The position numbers were made by a program, and so were the translations under genes. A DNA stretch of 64,000 nucleotides from Rhynchopus sp. YZ270_cl-10 (lineage: Eukaryota), in assembly GCA_964035575.1 (NCBI GenBank), contig OZ037836.1, forward strand, positions 1,550,001-1,614,000, in the 5' to 3' direction. The notes beneath the pieces are model-generated. The model had not been told where the DNA came from. It did not search any database and saw only the letters and a program-made list of their open reading frames with translations. Positions 42,701-50,500 of this stretch are shown piece by piece (the first letter of the stretch is position 1; each line of letters starts with the position of its first letter).

Positions 42701-44510
42701 GCGCGAGAACCCTGGGGTTGCCAACCCAAGGGTTACTGAAGTGCACAAGAAGGGTGTGATAGAGTTGTTGTGGGACGACCTGGAGCGATACGGATGGCGG
42801 TGGAGCAGCTTCGACTTCTGGACCACACACATCGGGTTGAGGGTGCACGTTCGTCTGTGGGACAAGGGCAAATGGCTGCATGAGCTGAGAGAGGGCATCC
42901 GTGCACACGCGTACCGCCTGACAGTGACGACGAGGCCGTCGATGCAGGGCATTGAGGGAGGTGTGGATCGCCAGGCGACGAACGCAGTGTGGAAGGACCG
43001 CACGACCGACAGATACCTGGCGGGCGCGATACGCGGAGCCTTGTCGGGCTCTCAGTTGGTGGGGGTGCAGCTGCTGAGGAACAAGGAGGTGGAGACTTCG
43101 TTGTGCCGATACTGTGGTGAGGCGATAGAGGACCGGAGACACGCTTGGTGGTGGTGCCCGCAGTGGGACGAAATTCGTGGAGAGGACATCGGAAAACTCC
43201 GGGTTTTGCTCAAAGACGCACCCCCGTGCTTCTTGGACTTTGGCCTGGTGCCGACGATATTCTTGCAGGAGCTGAGTGTTGCGGAGAGAGAGCAGACGGT
43301 GCGTCGTGTGCAACTGATGCTGGTCAGCATCGCGCTGGCAAGGCAGAAGTACGACGTGGAACATGGGTTTTCGCAGAAGAAGAAGAAGCAAGCGGTGGTG
43401 GGCCAATCCCTTTTTCCTTGGGGCTGGAATCCTCAGGAGGGTGCAGTGCTTGAGAGCTACAACCCGCTGGAGAACGTACTGTGGGGGAGCAAGTACATGA
43501 AGAAGAGTCCACGCTGGACGGAAGACCACTTCTGGGCGCTGAAGGCATGGCTCGCTGCATTGCGTTGGCCTGATGGCACAACGCCCCCCATCACGCAGCT
43601 CGAGCTCATGCTGGACTTTGAGATCTTCTCGGGGTTGGACGTACCGGGTGAGACGGTGTTGAAGAGGGCCGAATCTTTTGGTGCCATGATGCGGACGGCG
43701 AAAACTATGGCGCATGGAAGGGACGTATGGAAAGGAGTGGAGAAGAGGGAGGTGCACCACTTACAGGAACTGGGTGCGGGGATCATGACGGGGTATTCTG
43801 TGCGACCTGTGCTGACGCATGCGGCGGGGGTTGAAGGATACCTGAAGGAGTTGCAGGAGAAGGCGACGTCGCGGAGAGCACTCTCCCGACAAAAGGAAAA
43901 GACGAAGGCGAGGTGGGGTGACGACGCGGATGTGGCTCATACTTCCACTCCGGAAGAACGCTCAGCAAAGAACGAACGCTGGAAGGAAGCGAAGGAAGAG
44001 CAGAAGCAGGCAGAGGAGGTGCGTAGTAGAGCTGCGATAGCTGCAGTTGCGGCAGAGCAGATTCGACGACAGGAGGCACGCAGGCGGCAGACACCGGCTG
44101 TGCGTGTGGACGTAAGGAGGAAGGTGGGGGCCATGCGGGTGTGTGACATACACACCAAGATGCGATGCGGGGACTGCGAGCACAACAACATCTCCATCAC
44201 GGCGTGTTGTGCGACGCACCATTGTGATGAGCTTATTTTGGGTGACTGTGTGGAGGCGCGTGAGGCGTGTGAGGTGCATAACTTCTCGATGTGCGGACAG
44301 TGTGCGGGTGCGGGGAACGTGTCGATGAAGCAGTGCTGTCAGAAGCACCACAACTGTGTGGCCCACGGGAGGGGTGCTTGCGGTGCATGTGTGCAGGCGG
44401 GACGGAAGAGGAAGAAGGACGGATTGCCGATGCTGGCGTCTCCTCAGGCCTGTTGCGGGAAAGGGCACCACGACACGTCCCAGGGGCGTCTCGGGTTTGC
44501 CCCGCGATAA
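39744..44510 (+). CDS. Retrotransposon ORF2: APE endonuclease, reverse transcriptase, CCHC finger, C-terminal Cys/His repeats
   Basis: CSNV, VQET, VYAP, GDFN, LDY, QH (APE); RPI, QHGF, DYAKCFD, QGCPLS, YADD (RT); CRYC-x8-H-x4-C; called start is GTG. Confidence 0.95.
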   Translation: MGLAPLKIVCSNVTALQTGGSSLLKVAEDAHVVLVQETKCTVTTQKRLSIEYREQGWQVVWGKELPEWRSAEEAKSGGVAILVQEGIPVLTSPPSSTLEKNLWDSTRWVKAKVAYGKGNEWIDVTSVYAPSADPEAREKILGEVMEAAAELGDIPGVIGGDFNAGPGKSGVLAATLDTGWWKDTAEEHARVLGTTPDNTYFSVKDGKEIRKRLDYVLLNRAACTGLSSVKVVHDSGLPQHRPVEIALDVGAYRQIVLAYTLPKQFPLDKCGQGVKNAQKAFASKELQWGALQHPQDRWIQWNKWAEDFLLQACEGEIEGPTKAYCGRGKTFDPKPKHRTAKQSKEGDALTVSQRRLTKNVGRLEECRLWYVRSNGGVPPHDVCNCWSKARKELRVLLDDDSLQQDMPSEEALVDLCRAVRVKVSTLADRVKRKRLEDWRQRLRDAWHNAPKAIFKYCKDEQYRKMTALKNEDGKFTANAEEMDTLLHEAWMPILRRYAEKPEPDWGAFREKFTEDIAGKGQAMQMDRLTGKELQQTLGRMKTQTSAGVEGWRMVELKALPLVLLDRLADVFDAIECTGEWPPSLMRALIALIPKGEDDTPLKQRPITITSCIYRLWAAARLRRLIKWQESWIGEQQHGFRAGHSTAHLYWHLSLKLEKAVLSGDDTDQVWGFTIDYAKCFDRVPHEIVLSLAEEWGAHWRILGPLRAAYTAMERRFKLGDVGVGGTFRTTNGILQGCPLSVVLLNALMAVWGSAVTRRTGAIAMGYADDVYAVANTEAEVHGAARVTKEFITAADMEVKAEKCVGFTSKEGTKTKFGLGDGLFPDKKQFGAVGADILAGKGNFGPIARERAVTAHRVFTRVSSVPLSFTEKALIGARGPMMAALHGCEVTDFSKQTIETLRQGAALAVWGQGRKQRTLNIVWHVLSPVGIDAPAEIVQRRMAAFLRLTEDDGMRREAEDVWRLAHDRRAEREVRRRDRASDLARLRRENPGVANPRVTEVHKKGVIELLWDDLERYGWRWSSFDFWTTHIGLRVHVRLWDKGKWLHELREGIRAHAYRLTVTTRPSMQGIEGGVDRQATNAVWKDRTTDRYLAGAIRGALSGSQLVGVQLLRNKEVETSLCRYCGEAIEDRRHAWWWCPQWDEIRGEDIGKLRVLLKDAPPCFLDFGLVPTIFLQELSVAEREQTVRRVQLMLVSIALARQKYDVEHGFSQKKKKQAVVGQSLFPWGWNPQEGAVLESYNPLENVLWGSKYMKKSPRWTEDHFWALKAWLAALRWPDGTTPPITQLELMLDFEIFSGLDVPGETVLKRAESFGAMMRTAKTMAHGRDVWKGVEKREVHHLQELGAGIMTGYSVRPVLTHAAGVEGYLKELQEKATSRRALSRQKEKTKARWGDDADVAHTSTPEERSAKNERWKEAKEEQKQAEEVRSRAAIAAVAAEQIRRQEARRRQTPAVRVDVRRKVGAMRVCDIHTKMRCGDCEHNNISITACCATHHCDELILGDCVEAREACEVHNFSMCGQCAGAGNVSMKQCCQKHHNCVAHGRGACGACVQAGRKRKKDGLPMLASPQACCGKGHHDTSQGRLGFAPR

Positions 44511-44521
44511 CGAAGGTGGTC

Positions 44522-44576
44522 ACGTGGCGCCTTTCTCACCTCTCAGTTCATCTGAGAAGGTGGGGATGGGTCACGT
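44522..44576 (+). other. 3'-UTR stem-loop of the retrotransposon (also 58062-58116)
   Basis: ACGTGGC/GTCACGT outer stem and CACCTCTCAG/CTGAGA(A)GGTG inner stem, followed by CAACAAGTTTAA(T) with no poly(A). Confidence 0.7.
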
Positions 44577-44589
44577 CAACAAGTTTAAT

Positions 44590-45362
44590 CTCGTTAACCA
44601 CCCTGGATCTCACACCACTCAACAACGCGACGGTGATTGGCAATAACTTTCTTTGCTCCTGCGTCTCTTTAGCCACCCTGGATCTGACACCACTCAACCA
44701 CATGACGGTGATTAGCAGTGGCTTTCTTTCCGGCTGCACTTCTCTAACCAACCTGGATCTGACACCACTCAACAACGTTACGAGGATTGAGAGTAACTTT
44801 CTTCACTACTGCCAAGGTTTAACCACCCTGGATCTCACACCACTCAACAACGCGACGGTGATTGGCGATCGCTTTCTTTCCGACTGCAGCTCTTTAACCA
44901 CTCTGGATCTGACACCACTCAACAACATGACGGTGATTAGCAGTAGCTTTCTTTCCGGCTGCAACTCTTTAACCACCCTGGATCTGACACCACTCAACAA
45001 CGTTACGCGGATTGAGCATTACTTTCTTCGCGGCTGTAAATGTTTAACCACCCTGGATCTTACACCACTCAACAACGTGACGGCGATTGGCGATAGCTTT
45101 CTTTGCGACTGCAGCTCTTTAACCACCCTGGATGTGACACCACTCAACAACATTACGAATATTGAGCGTTACTTTCTTTACGGCTGCAACTCTTTAACCA
45201 GCCTGGATCTCACACCACTCCACAACGTGAGGATGAGCAGGTGTGGCAACGCCTTTCTTGCCGGCTGCACCTCTTTAACCACCCTGCATCTGACGCCTGA
45301 ACAACGTGACGGGTGATTGACGATAGCTTTCTTAACGGATGCAACTCTTTAACCACCCTGGA
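44590..45362 (+). pseudogene. Ubl-LRR gene 5, middle part (about 10 LRRs, indels near 45295-45315)
   Basis: LDLTPLNN repeats resume right after the TSD. Confidence 0.85.
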
Positions 45363-47749
45363 CCCGACGACGGACCGCCCCCCATAGCACTTTTTACAGT
45401 GTGCGCAGGAGTCACTACATAAAGTAACAAAAAAAAAAAAGTTTGGGCACATTTAGTGCACCCTATTATACCTTCTATTCAGTAGAATAGTTGGTATATG
45501 AAACAATTAGAAAAGCTGCCACGGGAGCAATCTGGCTCAGGTCAATGTTTTATATCATCTAATTTTTGTTTTTACCCATGTAACCCCGGAGTGTTCTTTT
45601 CATTCGTGTGGTATGTCACCAGTGCGTGTGCGGGCACAGCCGACACGCAATCTCTGTAGGACGGGGTGCATGGGTTAGCGTACTATGTTTTTAGCTTTGT
45701 ATATTTTCCTGCGCGTTGTTTTGTCGCCAATGTGTGGCATCGAGAGCAGTGCGACTCGGGTCGACTGCGAGAGGTTGTTGATAGTGTGCGGGCACAGCCG
45801 ACACACAATCTCTGTTAGGACTGCGCGCTTCCCGGGACAATATCCTACCCTTCTTTCTTGCTTTGCTTTCTTTTCTTTTTGGAGGAGGTGTATGCTGGGC
45901 TTTTTTTGTGCCCTCAGAGATTTAAGCGACCCTGCACCTACTTTACGACCATGCAGAGCTTTTTGTTTTTCTTGCTTTTGTTGCTTTGGTACTAACCTGC
46001 GGCGGTGTTGTGCACCTTTTTGCGTGTTCCACTCTCGCCGTTGTTTAGAGAATGAGGAGGTACCAGTCATTTGTTCCTCCCATTGGAATGACTGGTTAGT
46101 TTTGATGTTTATTTTATTTTTCGGTGACATGACACTTGTGACATATCGTAGGAAATCTTTTAGTATGCGCGAAGACGATTCTTGTGCTCCTCATTCTCCC
46201 CCACACTATGTCAATACAACAGGTTAGACCGTTTGGTCTGGGAGGGTTTCGGGTTTCTTCTTTCTCTCAGTTCAATCTTGAACAATTTCGAGAGGAGTTT
46301 TATTTATTTTTCAAAAAGTGTGAGGAAGCGTTCCAACTTTTCAACCTCTTCCCCAATTTACCTTTCACGCCTTTTTTACCCTCCCCCGTTTTTAGAATCA
46401 ACAGAGAGTGTACGTTAAGATTTTGCCGCTAGAGAGCGTACCTGGAACTTGCTCGACATATTATATTTTTTCATTACGAGCGGCAGGGCCTTTTCTAAGT
46501 CCATGGGCCCATGGCACCCCTCCGAAAACACACTTTTTTTCTGTACAAATGCCACACGTAAAAAAAATATTTTTTCTGTACAAATGCCACAGGCAAAATA
46601 TTTTTTCTGGACTTTTGCCACATGGGAGGTGGGGGGCGGAGCCCCCACCCACCGGCCCCCAAAAAAAATTCTTTAAAAAAAAAGGAAAAAGAAACACACA
46701 GGGATGATATATCTTGGGGGTACCTCACACAAACCTCTAAGAGTGACCAGAACTGGCCTCATGAACAAAGTGACCCCGTCACAGCCAGAACGCGACCCAA
46801 TTGGTCAAACGCCGAAGGAAAAGGAAGCATGCAGCATGGCGAAAGGAAAAAGGTAGCGTACCGTGCGCCTGCGGCGCAAGATTGCAAGCCACCCATGACA
46901 TAGTTTGGCTGTAAAATGTGCAATTTTAAGCACAATATTTTGAAATGTTGCGTACCGTGGCTTCGCCAAAACTTTCGTTCAGCAAAATATGGAAGTAACA
47001 TTTACGGGAACTGACGATAATGACCAACGACAGTGCCATTTGATGTCAACATTTTTTTAGAAATGTTGCGTACCGTGGCTTCGCCAGGAATCAGTTCTGT
47101 TTCGTATTTGCGTTAATTAGTCTTGGTTTCCCATCCCCTCCCTCCCTAGTTCATACGCAAGGGCATCTTCCCTTTCTGTGCACCGCTTAGTGGTGTCCTT
47201 ACGTCACTTTTGACCATACTTTTCTTTTCCTCACCCCCACCCCTTTGCTTTAACTTTGCTTGCACACCCCGACCCACCCGGAGAGGCCTGGGGACGGGAT
47301 AGTTCACAACCGCCCCTTCTCCTATTTGACTCATTTTTCCCCTTCTTCAACCCCCACCCCCGAAAAACCCCTCTCAAAAATATGAGGGGAGATGCCCCGC
47401 CAACGCACCGACCGGAAAGCTCGGAATGGGTTTTGAAAATATGCGGGGAGATGCCCCGCCAACGTACCGACCGGAAAGCTCGGAATGGGTTTCCGGGAGT
47501 TTTTTACGTGTGGCATTTGTACAGAAAAAAGTCATTGGCACCTCGGCCAAAATCGGGGTTTTTGGCTCAACTTAGAGCCACCCCTGACGAGCGGTCGTGT
47601 ACCGCCCCCGTTCATATTACGGTACGGGTACGTCTTTGTCCGGAAAAGCTCAGTAAATGGGATCATGTGATCAAGTCACTCTTTCAACACCTTGGTGCCG
47701 CATCTGCTATTCTTTTTGGCAGGGGTGGATCAAGTTTTTCAAGTATAAG
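45363..47749 (+). mobile_element. Non-coding 2387-bp insertion at the same LRR target motif
   Basis: CTCTTTAACCACCCTGGA (45345-45362) and CTCTTTAACCACCCTTGA (47750-47767); 3' hairpin 47691-47734 and terminus CAAGTATAAG. Confidence 0.75.
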
Positions 47750-48455
47750 CTCTTTAACCACCCTTGATCTCACACCACTTAACAAGGTTGAGTACGAAGG
47801 TTGTTCTTTTGCGACTGACTGCACTTCGTTGACGAGCATTTACCTTTAGTGCTGTGTCCAGCGAAGTGAGGATCGTCTGCACAAACTTTACAAAACACAG
47901 AAAGACACAAAACCATAGGAGGCACAAAGCAGGGAAAGGGGTTGAGGGACAGGAGGATAGGGATAAAGTCTGCCTAGATCAGAAGCGGACATGTGTTCAC
48001 ATGATCTTCCCTTGAAGGGAGACTGGGAAGAATGAAAGATGGGGGACAGGAGGCTGGGGATACATGTAAAGTTAATTGAGAGAACCGCTATTATTTGGGG
48101 ATGAACTTATTTGGGGGTACTTTACCACAAACAAAAAGCAAATAAGCAAAAAGTCAAGGTGGAGATTGCACAACTGTGTCAACACAACCGAGGCAACTAC
48201 ACTACTCCAAGAATTTATCAAAAAGAATAACAATGAAACAACTGTAAAGCATTTGGAAGAGTAGACCTTATCCTCGTGTGTCACTACTGCAATCATGTTT
48301 TCAACAAAAAAAAAAAACACAAAAAGACAAACAAAAAAGAAGTCAGCCCTCTGAGTGACCTCTCCCCTCTTTTTACTTTTGCATTATGAAACACATTTAG
48401 AAGCTGAGTAACCATATAGTTGAATCACCACCGAAACGAAGCAGACACGAATCCC
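47750..48455 (+). pseudogene. Ubl-LRR gene 5, decayed 3' end
   Basis: SLTTLDLTPLNKV...DCTSLTSIYL* (premature stop 47849); remnant of tail sequence (CCGAAACGAAGCAGACACGAATCCC) at about 48430 after about 0.5 kb of unrelated DNA. Confidence 0.7.
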
Positions 48456-48862
48456 TGTTGTTCGTGGCAGGGCAGCACCTCCCCGAGGTGGAGGGTCTCT
48501 GGCAGTGTGTCTGCTTGCGTCCTCCGGTTCGGAGAAGAAGAGGGGCACAGTCTTGCTCACCGTGGCACAGACTACTACTTGGTGCGAGAGGAGAGCTGTG
48601 CTGAGCAAGACGTTCCACACATTGTGTTTTTTTTACTCTGTGCTGCAAAAGAATCCCCACAAAAACCCATGTCTTATTCATTACAACGTACCTCCCCGCC
48701 CAACCCCACTTTTTTTCTGTAATTCATCACTCTGAACTCGTTGACACCACGTGGTCTTTCACTGTCTTCTTGGTAGCTTTGCACGAAGAGGTGTGAGGTG
48801 TGATGACGGAGGCGAGTGGCTTCCGTTGTGTGCTCTGATGCACTGATGGCGTGCTTTCACTT

Positions 48863-49215
48863 CTCTATCACACCCTTCTTGTACACTTCTTCTGTTACCC
48901 TTGGGTTGGCAACCCCAGGGTTCTCGCGCCTGAGACGTGCCAGATCTGAAGCCCTGTCACGCCGCCTCACCTCCCGCTCCGCTCTTCGGTCAAGTGCCAG
49001 CCTCCACACTTCTTCTGCTTCTCTCCGCATGCCGTCATCTTCTGTCAGTCGGAGAAAGGCCGCCATCCTCCTCTGCACAATCTCCGCTGGCGCATCAATC
49101 CCAACCGGAGACAACACATGCCACACAATGTTGAGCGTGCGCTGCTTCCTGCCCCGCCCCCAGACTGCTAGTGCTGCCCCTTGCCTCAGCGTCTCAATGG
49201 TCTGCTTTGAAAAGT
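48863..49215 (-). mobile_element. Inverted, diverged internal fragment of retrotransposon ORF2
   Basis: Minus strand encodes WHVLSPVGIDAPAEIVQRRMAAF...NPRVTEEVYKKGVIE, matching about 42415-42765 with substitutions and a codon indel. Confidence 0.9.
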
Positions 49216-49459
49216 GAGTTACTTACTGTGTGGTCCTCGGACACAGCCTCCGTGGCGCTGCTTCAACAGCGACGTCATTGGGGGTGTTCCTCATACACAG
49301 CACAATAACTATGTTTTTGAGCATTTGTTCAGGGTTGAAACCCGGATGCGTCCAATGAAAATCACGTCAGTAGAAAAGTTCGAGAATGTAGGTTTTATTA
49401 TTTTTGTCCACACCCCACCACCACACACAGAGATCAGAACACAAAACAACAGCAAACAA

Positions 49460-50370
49460 ATGGACGTGCACTTCGAGGATTTCAGAGCGAATCAGCACAC
49501 AGTCGAGGTGGGTGCAGATGACACAGTGGAGGGCTTGCGGCGGAAGGTGGCGTCTGCAATGGGGTTGCCTGAAGATGGCTTTTGCATGAGTTTCGGAGAC
49601 GAAGCGATGGGAGAAGGAGCGGACATGACGCAGCTGAGTGCTGGTGACACAATCATCCTCACGAAGACGAAGACGAAGAGGCAACAAGCCATTGCAGAGC
49701 TTCATGCGTTGGGTGTGACCGACATCACAGCCGAGAAGTTGTACAGTGTGAAGGATGCTGAGGTGGCGTGTTTGCTTCTGCAGGCGGAGGTTGCGACTGT
49801 CATTCCTGATGGGTTCTTGTCAAGCACTTCGTTGACGAGACTTGATCTCAGTGCTGTGCCCTTTGTGACACAGATTGGAGACAACTTCCTCCACAAGTGC
49901 ACCTCGTTGACAAGTATTGACCTCTCTGGGTTGAGCAATGTGACGGTGATTGGCGGTTACTTTCTTTCCGGCTGTAAATATTTAACCACCCTGGATCTGA
50001 CACCACTCAAGAACGTTACGCGGATTGAGGGATCTTTTCTTGAAGGTTGCGAAGCTTTAACCACCCTGGATCTGGCACCACTTAAGAACGTGACGGCGAT
50101 TGAAGGTAGCTTTCTTGATGGCTGTAAATGTTTAACCACCCTGGATCTGACACCGCTCAACAACGTTACGAAGATTGAGAGTTACTTTCTTCTCGACTGC
50201 AACTCTTTATCCAGCCTGGATCTGACACCACTCATCAACGTTACGAGGATAGAGAGTTTCTTTCTTGGTCGCTGCAACTCTTTAACCACCCTGGATCTGA
50301 CACCACTCGACAAGGTGACGGTGATTGGCAGTTACTTTCTTTGCGAGTGCAACTCTTTAACCACCCTGGA
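49460..50370 (+). pseudogene. Ubl-LRR gene 6, 5' part, interrupted by copy 2
   Basis: Ubl + LRRs, interrupted in the 8th repeat. Confidence 0.9.
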
Positions 50371-50500
50371 GGGATACACACAACGTACACAAAAAGAAAG
50401 AATATAAACAATGTTTTCGTACATGGTGTCGAAGTCACGTCCAGCCTCCACGCGGAGTATCCCGGGCAACGATCCGTCACACGGATCGGCCAAGTGGACG
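50371..50500 (+). ncRNA. HDV-like ribozyme (copy 2)
   Basis: Same sequence as 36831-36960. Confidence 0.85.

Larger units (their letters stand above)
36831..44589 (+). mobile_element. Full-length site-specific non-LTR retrotransposon, copy 1 (7759 bp)
   Basis: 18-bp TSD CTCGTTAACCACCCTGGA at 36813-36830 and 44590-44607; ORF1 + APE-RT ORF2. Confidence 0.95.

Noticed and set aside
44291..45316. ORF-track fusions of the element 3' end with downstream LRRs (also 57896-58408) and the GYTQRTQKERI tails
   Set aside because: Junction read-through; the fused frame differs between copies and the called starts are not ATG
47584..47612. CTGACGA + stem as a hammerhead ribozyme
   Set aside because: The GAAA required after stem II is absent
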